64,000 nt of DNA, from positions 4,544,001-4,608,000 of the forward strand of contig OY761159.2 of NCBI GenBank assembly GCA_963664395.2, in the 5' to 3' direction. Positions 20,255-29,115 of this stretch are shown in pieces. Position numbers and translations under genes: made by a program. The notes under the pieces are model-generated. The model did no database searches. It worked only from the letters and a program-made list of their open reading frames with translations, and had not been told where the DNA came from. Each line of letters opens with the position of its first letter. Position 1 is the stretch's first letter. This stretch comes from Candidatus Binatia bacterium (GTDB lineage: Bacteria; Desulfobacterota; Binatia; Bin18).

Positions 20255-21960
20255 AAACGTTCCCCGTGAACGACCTTCCCGCCTACTATGGTGAGCTCCA
20301 CCTGGATATCTCGAATGGCATCGCGTTTACCGGTGAGTGGATTTTCGGAAAGCACCACGCAGTCGGCAAGTTTGCCAACCTCTATGGAGCCGAGCTCATG
20401 TTCCATCCACAAGGCATACGCTCCGTTATTGGTAAAAATCCTGAGCGCCTCTTCACGTGAGATGCGCTGGGCTGGGCCGATGACTTCGCCGGTTAATCCA
20501 GCTTGCCGAGCAATGGACTGCCAGAGCGTGAACAGTGCCCCGCGCGGCCCCCAGTCCGTACTTTGACTCACCGGCACACCCGCATCGAGCCACCACCGCA
20601 GAGGAATCGCGTCTTTGGCATAGTGAGGCCCGAGGCGATCCTTATAGACTTCTGCCCCTTTGCCCCAGATAAAATTTGTTGCCGTTGTGGGAATGACCCC
20701 AAGCTGCCTACATTGCGCAATCTGCTCCTGAGTGGGAAATTCCACATGTTCAATGACCCAACGTTTGTCATGGATGGGCGTCAGCGCCTGCACTTCGCGC
20801 ATGGCACGCAGCGCTATCTCAATCGAACCTCGACCCGCAGCTTCGGCATGCACGCGCAGGCCGAACTCGGCTGCCAGGCGCAAGATCGCGACATATTTTT
20901 CCCACGGGACCAGAGGTTCCGGGGCGACCGGCTGACCGAATGGCCCGGTATAGGGAGCATCGTTCACCGCAGCCCCGTGCCAGTAGGGGCCATCGAGCCC
21001 GATACTCACCCCAACGACCTTCAGGTGGTCGGTCCCAAAGCCCCGCCCCGCGGCAAAGCTCACCGTCCGCAGATAGTCGGCAATCACTTCAAGCGACTGC
21101 TGCGGGTCAATTTCATAGGTATAGAATATCCGCAGGGGGAGCTCGCCTTGCGCCTGAAGCTGAGCGTAGGCTCGAAGCTCTTCTGGAGAATTTAGATGCG
21201 CCTCCAGCAGGGTTGTTGTGCCACCGGCGAGAAAATCCGGCGCGAGTCTTTTGATGCCCTCACGCACGTGGGCATAGGTTGGCGGCGGAATCAGGTTGGC
21301 CAGTTCCACAAAGAAAGGATTCGGATTGTAAATCGGCTGCAGGGTGCCGCGCAACTCTCCTGTCGGCTCGCCGCTGTCAGGGGCTTTGACAATTTCTATA
21401 TGCTCTGGTTGCGGCGTGTCTTTCGTAATACCGGCTAAATGAAGAGCCTGACTATTCAGCACAGCCGAATTAGGTACCCGATTAGTCGGTGCAGTAATAT
21501 AGACTGGATGATCTGGGGAAACAGGGTCGAGATCCCAGCGATTGGGGAAACGGTTTTCTTGGAGAATGTTCGGAACGTTGAAAAAGTATGGAGGGTCTCC
21601 AACCGGCAGGGTCACAATCCATTGGCCGGGGGGTGTCTCCCTGGCCCGGCTGGCTATACGTTGCTGTATCTCAGCAATCGACCGAGTGCCGGCCAGGGAA
21701 ACAGCCAGGGTCTCCAAGCCAAATAAGCCGATATGCCCATGGGTATCAATAAAGCCGGGGACCACGGTTCTCCCCGCCAAATCGAGGACTCTTGTGTCAG
21801 GACCGATCAGCTTCTTCACCTCGGCGTTCTTGCCAACAGCCATAAACCTGCCCCCAGACACGGCAACTGCCTTGGCTCGGCTGAATGCCTTGTCAACAGT
21901 CAAAATGGTTCCGTTAAGCAGTACTGTATCTGCAGAGGCTCGTCGTTGACGAATTGCCAT
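20251..21960 (-). CDS. Amidohydrolase family 3 (YtcJ-like)
   Basis: DLAGRTVVPGFIDTHGH, WVIEHVE, STDW, GSIEVGKLADCVVL, TIVGGKVV. Confidence 0.9.
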   Translation of the reverse strand: MAIRQRRASADTVLLNGTILTVDKAFSRAKAVAVSGGRFMAVGKNAEVKKLIGPDTRVLDLAGRTVVPGFIDTHGHIGLFGLETLAVSLAGTRSIAEIQQRIASRARETPPGQWIVTLPVGDPPYFFNVPNILQENRFPNRWDLDPVSPDHPVYITAPTNRVPNSAVLNSQALHLAGITKDTPQPEHIEIVKAPDSGEPTGELRGTLQPIYNPNPFFVELANLIPPPTYAHVREGIKRLAPDFLAGGTTTLLEAHLNSPEELRAYAQLQAQGELPLRIFYTYEIDPQQSLEVIADYLRTVSFAAGRGFGTDHLKVVGVSIGLDGPYWHGAAVNDAPYTGPFGQPVAPEPLVPWEKYVAILRLAAEFGLRVHAEAAGRGSIEIALRAMREVQALTPIHDKRWVIEHVEFPTQEQIAQCRQLGVIPTTATNFIWGKGAEVYKDRLGPHYAKDAIPLRWWLDAGVPVSQSTDWGPRGALFTLWQSIARQAGLTGEVIGPAQRISREEALRIFTNNGAYALWMEHELGSIEVGKLADCVVLSENPLTGKRDAIRDIQVELTIVGGKVVHGERF

Positions 21961-22024
21961 GCCTAGTCTCCTTTCACTCGTCCCCATGAAACAGTGCACT
22001 AAAAGGCAGCTTCACCTCACCACC

Positions 22025-22789
22025 TTACCCGAGCGCCCCAAACGCCATCGCTTTCCAGTTGTCAAACAGGCGGCGAGCGGATTGGTTCAAGAGGGTGAGG
22101 TGGCGCTTGGTCTCGGCTTCAAACCGAGCCAGCGCATCCGGGCCGAGTGTTTTTTCCAGCGCGGCGCGATAGGTGGGCACGCTGGCCCATTCGGCAATCG
22201 TCACTGGAGATATTTCTGTGTGATACTGGGTGCTCAGGGCTTTCTCGCCAAACGACAGGCCCTGGATGGCACACGCGGCATTCGTAGCCAAGACGGACGC
22301 GCCTTTGGGGGGCTGCTGCACTTCGGCACCGTGCCACTGGAGGCATTTCATTGTGCCGGGCAGACCCAGCAGAAACGGGCTCTTTTCACCGGCGGCGGTT
22401 TTCTCGACTTCATATATCCCAACCTCCGGCTCAGCGGCCGGCCCGACTGTGCCGCCGAGCGCATCTGCCAGCAGTTGGTGGCCGAGGCAGACCCCTAGAA
22501 AGGGCATCTGCCGGTCTACGACGGCCTCGCGGATGGCCGCTTTCTCCGCCTTCAGCCAGGGATATTGCGCCTCTTCCCAGACATCCATGGGTCCCCCCAT
22601 CGCCCACAGCCCGTCGTAGTCGCTCAAGTCGGGGATGGGCTCGCCCCGGTCGAGTTCAACCGCCTGCCATTCGATACCATCTTCCTGCATGAAATCTCGG
22701 AACACGCCGGGATGTTCGACGCTGAGATGTTGAAATACGAGTAGTCGTGGAGTCTTCCGATTCATGACCGCCCCTCCAAAGTCAGACAC
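22025..22789 (-). CDS. Type 1 glutamine amidotransferase-like protein (stand-alone)
   Basis: MGGPMDV, LGVCLGHQLLA (Cys), QWHG, QYHTE (His-Glu); start may be at 22765. Confidence 0.9.
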   Translation of the reverse strand: MSDFGGAVMNRKTPRLLVFQHLSVEHPGVFRDFMQEDGIEWQAVELDRGEPIPDLSDYDGLWAMGGPMDVWEEAQYPWLKAEKAAIREAVVDRQMPFLGVCLGHQLLADALGGTVGPAAEPEVGIYEVEKTAAGEKSPFLLGLPGTMKCLQWHGAEVQQPPKGASVLATNAACAIQGLSFGEKALSTQYHTEISPVTIAEWASVPTYRAALEKTLGPDALARFEAETKRHLTLLNQSARRLFDNWKAMAFGALG

Positions 22790-23684
22790 TATCAGGCTGC
22801 TCTAAATGACACGTTCGATCACCATCACCCCGCTCTATCTGTAGAGTGGCATGGCCGATGCCAAAACGATCGTGCAGCGAAGCAGCCACAGTATTCAAGA
22901 AGCTATCGTCAACCCTGACTTCCGGGACGATCAGATGGGCGGTCAAGGCAACTTCCGTGGTGCTCATGCCCCAAATGTGCAGATCGTGCACCCGTGCCAC
23001 ATTGGGTAACCGGGCCAGAAAGGTCTCGACAGCAAGAGGGTCAATGTTATTAGGCACGGAATCCAGCGCCAGACTGACCGAGTCGCGCAGCAGAGCCCAC
23101 GTTCCGATAAGAATAAGGCCAACAATAATGAGACTCATGCTAGGGTCGAGCCACATCCAGCCCGTGTTCAGAATGACGAATCCGGACACAACCACTCCGA
23201 GTGATACGGCAGCGTCCGCGGCCATGTGGAGATAGGCCGCACGAATATTCAGATCGTCCTTGCGACCGGACAGAAACATCAAGGCGGTTGCGGTATTGAT
23301 GACGACACCGATTCCGGCAACCACGACAACGGTCCACCCGTCAACCGGCAGAGGAGAACGAAAACGCTCTGCGGCTTCCCAGGCAATCAGTCCCAAGACA
23401 ATCAACAACATGACTGCACTGACCAAAGAAGCCAGGATGGTTGCACGCCGGTATCCGTAGCTGTAGCGCGGGGTTGGTTTTCGAGCCGCCAAGACACTGG
23501 CTCCCCAGGCGAGGAAGAGACTGAACACATCGCTCAGATTGTGTCCGGCGTCGGCAACCAGCACCAACGAGTCCGTCAAGATGCCATAGGTTGCTTCAAC
23601 TCCCACAAAGACCAGGTTCAGAACCACACCAGTGGCAAAGGCACGATTGAAATTGGACTCCGTCCGGCCGTGGCTGTGTGACAT
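22782..23684 (-). CDS. Cation diffusion facilitator family transporter (CzcD/ZitB-like)
   Basis: His-rich N-terminus, ADAGHNLSD, NIRAAYLHMAAD, HDLHIW, HATLQIE. Confidence 0.93.
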   Translation of the reverse strand: MSHSHGRTESNFNRAFATGVVLNLVFVGVEATYGILTDSLVLVADAGHNLSDVFSLFLAWGASVLAARKPTPRYSYGYRRATILASLVSAVMLLIVLGLIAWEAAERFRSPLPVDGWTVVVVAGIGVVINTATALMFLSGRKDDLNIRAAYLHMAADAAVSLGVVVSGFVILNTGWMWLDPSMSLIIVGLILIGTWALLRDSVSLALDSVPNNIDPLAVETFLARLPNVARVHDLHIWGMSTTEVALTAHLIVPEVRVDDSFLNTVAASLHDRFGIGHATLQIERGDGDRTCHLEQPDSV

Positions 23685-23898
23685 GACCTCTTTTTTCTGC
23701 CCTATTGACTTCAAGTTTGCTTGAATCTGTAGCATAGCTCACAGCACCAATGAAGGAGGCAGCTGTTACGCACGAGAGCACCGTTCACCATTTTTTATTT
23801 TACTCTGTGCCAGTACTGGCGATATTCTCCCTCTCGATCCTCATGAGAAAAAGGACTACGATCCGTTCGGTAGTCGCCCTAATCGAGAGGAGAAAGAC

Positions 23899-24669
23899 AT
23901 GACGTTCGCCGTAATCGGGAAATGCCCGGAAACAGGAGCAATTGGAGCTGGACTTGCAACCTTTTCAGTGAATGCCGGCAGAGTGAGTCCGGTCGTAAAC
24001 GGCCTGCTTCCGACCTTCCAAGAGAGCGGGGCCATTGTACTCCCCCATTCGTATGCGAATCGTCACTTAGCGTATGATACGTTTCGGCTACTAGAGCAGG
24101 GACACGGCTTGGAACAACTCAAAGAAGAGCTGCCGAAGACAGATACGTATTTCAGCTATCGCCAGTATAGCGTTATCACTATTAAAGGCGACATCTGGGT
24201 GCATACCGGCGACAAGGCGTTTGAGCCATACGCCGGCCATATCATGGGAGATCATTGGGCAGTGTCCGGGAATGCGCTGACCAGCAGTAAAACCGTTGAG
24301 GGCATGGCTACTTCAATGCGAGAGAGTATGGGAGTGCCCTTGGGAGATCGGATTATCCGTGCGCTTGAAGCAGGTCGGGATGCCGGTGGACAAGGCGATG
24401 CCATAACAGGCAAGCACTGGGGCGAGCTGTCATGTGCTGTTTTTGTTGCAGACGGAAAAAATCCATATCCCAAAGTCGACCTGAGAGTGGACTATCATCC
24501 ACGCGCCGTTGCCCAACTTCGTCGTCTGTACGAGTATTCCCAACCACTTGACCATTACTATGAAGGCATGCAGCAGCATCCGGATACATTTTGGGATTTC
24601 ATCAAGGAGCGCGGTGTTCTGGACATGCCGCATTTTCATGCCGACGAGGTGGATATAGAGCAGGACTAG
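23899..24669 (+). CDS. DUF1028 family Ntn-hydrolase-like protein
   Basis: MTFAVIGKCPETG start, RQYSVI, GNAL, ALEAGRDAGG, DLRVDYH...LRRLY. Confidence 0.85.
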   Translation: MTFAVIGKCPETGAIGAGLATFSVNAGRVSPVVNGLLPTFQESGAIVLPHSYANRHLAYDTFRLLEQGHGLEQLKEELPKTDTYFSYRQYSVITIKGDIWVHTGDKAFEPYAGHIMGDHWAVSGNALTSSKTVEGMATSMRESMGVPLGDRIIRALEAGRDAGGQGDAITGKHWGELSCAVFVADGKNPYPKVDLRVDYHPRAVAQLRRLYEYSQPLDHYYEGMQQHPDTFWDFIKERGVLDMPHFHADEVDIEQD

Positions 24670-24688
24670 AGCGTTTCACACTAGGCTG

Positions 24689-24761
24689 TAGCCGCCCGTC
24701 ATTTCCGGCACCCAGCGGGCGGCGGCGGCGCTGGAGCTTTCGCCGGAATGACGGGCGGCTA
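24689..24761. repeat. Long inverted repeat (REP-like, possible bidirectional terminator)
   Basis: Arms tagccgcccgtcatt(t)ccggc (24689-24709) and gccggaatgacgggcggcta (24742-24761), with an inner ccagcg/cgctgg stem, between convergent genes. Confidence 0.8.
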
Positions 24762-24788
24762 TATGGAATCGCAATCTGCGCTAGGCTC

Positions 24789-25283
24789 CTAGTGCCCTCC
24801 CCGCTCCTCCAGGATGCCTTGCAAAAAACTCGCATTCTCGTCTTCCAGCGCGGCGCAGGCCAACAACACCGCGTTGGCCTTGGCATCGGTCTCCGCAGCA
24901 GCAAAGGCCTCCCAGGTCTTTTTACCGGCCCGTTCGGCCCTGCGTTGGATCTCCCATTGCTCTTCAAGAGGACGACCGGCATAGACGGCCCGGACTTGCG
25001 CTTCCAGGTCGGGCAACGCCTCTAGGAGTTGCCGCTGGATTGTGTGGCCGTCAGGGTCGAGCGCTTCAATCCGGCTCGCAATATCTTCCTCTCGGGCCGC
25101 ACACCTGAGGAAGCCTTCACGGGCCTGATTGCTGACTTGTTCAGCCCAGCTTTGATACTTCCCGGCGGCCTGCCGTTCAGCCCAGGCGATGAGCAGTTTC
25201 TGCTGTCGGAGCGGAAAGCGCGCCACAACAGGGGCGAGTATGCCGGCAATGCTGGGCAGGTCTTTTGATTGCGTGTTGCTCAT
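24789..25283 (-). CDS. Hypothetical protein, possibly a ferritin-like four-helix bundle
   Basis: Duplicated AER...(Y/W)...CAA.E.. helical pattern. Confidence 0.65.
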   Translation of the reverse strand: MSNTQSKDLPSIAGILAPVVARFPLRQQKLLIAWAERQAAGKYQSWAEQVSNQAREGFLRCAAREEDIASRIEALDPDGHTIQRQLLEALPDLEAQVRAVYAGRPLEEQWEIQRRAERAGKKTWEAFAAAETDAKANAVLLACAALEDENASFLQGILEERGGH

Positions 25284-25375
25284 GGCTCTGCTCGATCAAT
25301 CTTCCAATCTTCCCCCTGATAAGGAGGACGGGCTGGAAGCCCGCCCACCGACACTACTCACGCTTAGTCTCAATC

Positions 25376-27724
25376 TTAAACTCGCTCAAGCTGACACGGC
25401 ACAAAGCGATGATGGGGGCAGCCGGTAAATGGGTCGCGGTCGGCCGTATCCGTGTAGGCGTTCATGTTGACGCCATTCAGGTCCGAGTGCGAGCCATTGC
25501 CTTCAGTCGGGTAGATCATGCCGAAACCATTCGGCATCCACACATGTCCCTCCAGCAGCTTTTTGTCCACAACAGCCGGCAGTTCGACCTGCCCCCGCCG
25601 GGTACGGATACGAATCGTGTCTCCGTCGATCACCCCCATGCGTTGGGCATCTCCGGGAGAGAGGTTCAACGCGCAGTGCGGGCCTCGCCCCTTGCGCCAA
25701 CTCGGATCGCGCAGAATGGTATTGGCGGTCCAGCGGGTCCGCAGGCCGGAGGCCAACACAAAGGGATAGTCCGGATCTTCAGCCGGTTTGGTTGCCACGG
25801 CGCGCCCAATCTCAGCCACTATTTCTTCGGGGAGGAGACGGACTTTACCGTCCTCAAAGCCAATGCGTTCGTCAAGGTTGGCTTCCACGTCGAGCTCGGC
25901 CACCTCAATCCCCTCCGGATGGTCCAGCAGACGCCGGAATAGCTCAAGGCCGACTGCAAAGGCGTCTTTGTCTTGCCATTCCGGCCCAAGGACGCGGACC
26001 ACGGCCTCTCTGCGTACAACGCCGTTCATCATGGCCTGGAACCAGACGCTGGATAAGACCGGCGAATCGAGCTGGGGCCCCAGGGTGCGGTAGGCCCAGT
26101 ATAAAGGTGCTGAGAACTTCGCCGCCTTAGCCGTAGTCTGGAGTGCCGTCAGGTACGCCGCCGCACCCGTAGGTGCATGCGCGTTTTTCGCCAGCTCGTA
26201 GAGTTCCTGGGGTGGCTCAGGAACCAGGCTCATGGCCTCGGCGAGACGATTATAGATTTCGCCTTCGGGCAGGGCTTCACCCGGCGCGGGCAGGATGGGT
26301 GGGCGCAACTGAGCCTGGACGCGCGGATAGCCGCGCGGGAAGCTGGCCATTTCCCATTTTTCATACCCGGTTGGGGTCGGCAGAATATAGTCGGCCACCA
26401 GAGCCGTCTCGGTCATGGTCGGTTCGATCACGACCAGCAGGTCCAGTTGTTCACGCGCCTCCAGCCAGCGCTGCGTATCGGGAAAAGATAAGAGCGGGTT
26501 GGCGCCTTCCACAATCAACGCCCGCAGACGTTCGGGATGGTCGTGCAGGATTTCTTCAGGAACCAGCACCGGCGAAAATATGCCCAGACGGGTCAGGGCC
26601 GAGATCGCGCTGATGCCGGAAGCCAGGGCGCGTTCGGGTTCAGCGTGCCGCCGAGAGTCCGACGTTGGCGGGTTGAGATTCGAGGTGAAGACATTGCCGC
26701 CCCGGCGACCCATATTGCCGGTCAGAGCAATAAGGAGATGAATCAGATAGGAGTTCAGGGTTGAGAACAGCGTCATCTCCACCCCGAGGTCCCACAACAG
26801 CGCTGCGCTCTTTGCAGTGGCGTATTCGGTGGCCGTGGCCACAACGTCGGCCACCTCAAGGCCGCAGCGCTGGGCCATGTCGGCGATATCAATATCCGCC
26901 AGTTGGGTTTTGAGTTCTTGGTAGCCGACCGTTTTGTTGGCAATAAACTCGACGTCTCCGAGGTCTTGTTCAATAATGACTTTGAGCATGGCCAAGAGCA
27001 GATAGACGTCCGTGCCGGGTCGGACTCTGAGGTGGCGGTCGGCCTGACGGCTGGTTTCGGTAATGCGCGGGTCCACCACCACCATGGTGCGGTTTTCATC
27101 GCGGGCCAGACTTTTCAGCGCGTCGGTGGGATTATGGCCGCGATTGCTGATGTACGGGTTGGTGCCCATGACCAGCAAAAAGTCGGCGTGGTCGTGGTCG
27201 GGATGCAGCGTGGTGCCGGACGAGCTGTCCAACATCCATTTTTCGATCAGCCAATGCTGGCTCTTCTCTTGGGCCAGCGAGTTGAAAAAGCGGCGGGATT
27301 TCACCAGGGAGAGAAAGGTGACGCCATACGGCGCATCCAGGTGGTTGGCCTGGCCACCGATGCCAACCAGGCCACAGGCACGCGGAGAATGTTGAGAAAC
27401 GATAGCGGTGAGCCGCTCGGCTATCTCGGCAACCGCCTGGTCCCAACTAATCTGTTCAAACCCACCCTCCGGCTTGCGTTTAAGCGGATGGCTGAGCCGC
27501 TGGGCATGGTTGACGTAATGGTCAACGCTGAAACCTTTATTACAAATATAGCCGTGCGACAGGGGGCTGGATTCATCCGCCCGAATGTTCTCGATATGCC
27601 CCGCATGAATATCGACCGTGAGGCCGCAGTTATGACTGCACAGCACACAGACGGTTGTCCGGTCCTTGGCATTCGTTTCAATCGGAAGCTTGGAAATGGA
27701 TGGGTCAACCTGCACTGCGCTCAT
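25376..27724 (-). CDS. Molybdopterin-dependent oxidoreductase with N-terminal 4Fe-4S site
   Basis: CVLCSHNCG...GYICNKG, ISWDQA, VVDPRITET, TETALVADYILP, C-terminal dinucleotide-binding domain. Confidence 0.92.
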   Translation of the reverse strand: MSAVQVDPSISKLPIETNAKDRTTVCVLCSHNCGLTVDIHAGHIENIRADESSPLSHGYICNKGFSVDHYVNHAQRLSHPLKRKPEGGFEQISWDQAVAEIAERLTAIVSQHSPRACGLVGIGGQANHLDAPYGVTFLSLVKSRRFFNSLAQEKSQHWLIEKWMLDSSSGTTLHPDHDHADFLLVMGTNPYISNRGHNPTDALKSLARDENRTMVVVDPRITETSRQADRHLRVRPGTDVYLLLAMLKVIIEQDLGDVEFIANKTVGYQELKTQLADIDIADMAQRCGLEVADVVATATEYATAKSAALLWDLGVEMTLFSTLNSYLIHLLIALTGNMGRRGGNVFTSNLNPPTSDSRRHAEPERALASGISAISALTRLGIFSPVLVPEEILHDHPERLRALIVEGANPLLSFPDTQRWLEAREQLDLLVVIEPTMTETALVADYILPTPTGYEKWEMASFPRGYPRVQAQLRPPILPAPGEALPEGEIYNRLAEAMSLVPEPPQELYELAKNAHAPTGAAAYLTALQTTAKAAKFSAPLYWAYRTLGPQLDSPVLSSVWFQAMMNGVVRREAVVRVLGPEWQDKDAFAVGLELFRRLLDHPEGIEVAELDVEANLDERIGFEDGKVRLLPEEIVAEIGRAVATKPAEDPDYPFVLASGLRTRWTANTILRDPSWRKGRGPHCALNLSPGDAQRMGVIDGDTIRIRTRRGQVELPAVVDKKLLEGHVWMPNGFGMIYPTEGNGSHSDLNGVNMNAYTDTADRDPFTGCPHHRFVPCQLERV

Positions 27725-27777
27725 CGCTTGGGTCTCCTCTACTACAGACTGGAATTCTTTCTCTTTTCCCCCGTGTC

Positions 27778-28872
27778 TTACATGACCACGACGCTGCGCG
27801 CCACTTCGCCCTTTTCCAGCGCGGTCATGGCCTCGTTCACTTCCTCCAGGGCATAGGTCCGGGTAATCATTTCCTTCAGTTTGAGTCGGCCGTTCCGGTA
27901 GTGTTCGACCAGTCGGGGCATATCAATGTGTGGACGGGCCGAGCCATAGCCCGAGCCCTTGATGATCTTCTCGGTCAAAAAGGTTCCCATCGGAATGGAG
28001 ACGGTATCCCGCCGCGACCCTGCGCCGACAACAATCGTCGTTCCGGCCTGGCGGGTACAAGCGTAAGCTTGCTCCACCGTTTGGGACAAGCCGATAACCT
28101 CGAAGGCGTAATCTGCGCCCCGGCCCCCGGTAAGCTTGCGTACCGACCGAACCAGCTCATCCCGACTCGGGTTGATGGTCTGGGTAGCGCCGAACTGGAG
28201 GGCGTAGTCCAGTTTATTATCCAGTAAATCCACCCCGATAATCGTGCTGGCGCCGGCGAGCACACAGCCCTGAATGACGTTGAGCCCGACGCCGCCACAG
28301 CCGATCACCACGGCGCTGCTGCCCGGCTCAACCTGAGCCGTATTAATGGCAGCGCCAACACCGGTCATGACTCCACACCCAATTAAACAGACGACATCGA
28401 GCGGCACTTCGTCCGGCACCTTGATACAGGCCTGTTCGGCGACCACGGCCTGCTCGGCAAAGCTGGAGATGCCGGCCATATGGTGAATGTCCTTGCCGTT
28501 CTTCTTGAGGCGGCACGTCCCGTCAACCATCGCGGCCTTCACCATGGTCTGAAACATATTGACGCACAGATTCTGCTTGCCAATGGCGCAGTAGTAACAG
28601 TGGCCGCAATACGGGGCGAGGGACAGGACGACATGGTCACCCGGTTTGACCATGGAGACGTTCGGCCCGACCTCTTCAACAATACCCGCGCCCTCATGGC
28701 CGGGAACCATGGGCAACGGGCTGCGCAAGACGCCATGAATAATCGAGTAGTCACTATGACACACCCCATTGGCAACAATCCTGACCCGCACCTCGCCACT
28801 CTTGGGATTGTCCAGATCAACGTCTTCCACTTTGAGAAGGGTATCAACTTCGTATAAGACGGCCGCTTTCAT
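27778..28872 (-). CDS. Zn-dependent alcohol dehydrogenase (class III-like MDR)
   Basis: GVCHSD, GHEGAG, CGHCYYC...C, IGCGVMTGVGA, GCGGVGLN; RBS GGAGGAAGG before ATG 28872. Confidence 0.93.
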   Translation of the reverse strand: MKAAVLYEVDTLLKVEDVDLDNPKSGEVRVRIVANGVCHSDYSIIHGVLRSPLPMVPGHEGAGIVEEVGPNVSMVKPGDHVVLSLAPYCGHCYYCAIGKQNLCVNMFQTMVKAAMVDGTCRLKKNGKDIHHMAGISSFAEQAVVAEQACIKVPDEVPLDVVCLIGCGVMTGVGAAINTAQVEPGSSAVVIGCGGVGLNVIQGCVLAGASTIIGVDLLDNKLDYALQFGATQTINPSRDELVRSVRKLTGGRGADYAFEVIGLSQTVEQAYACTRQAGTTIVVGAGSRRDTVSIPMGTFLTEKIIKGSGYGSARPHIDMPRLVEHYRNGRLKLKEMITRTYALEEVNEAMTALEKGEVARSVVVM

Positions 28873-29115
28873 GCCTTCCTCCTGACTGTTCCGTGAAGGG
28901 TCGTATCTTTTCAAATGCGGGCGGCAGGGTCTAGGGCTCCTAGCGCCTCTTGCCTTCCGCCCTGTCCCCCTCGCCGGTTGGGGACCCGATAATTGTGGAG
29001 TTGGGAAACGAGGAGAGAGGTCCTGCACCCATCCCGGGACGTGTAACAGATATTCCCGTATCGGGGTCGAAACCAGTAGAGCTGGCGCACCGGCTCCGTG
29101 GATGTCCGGCCGCGC

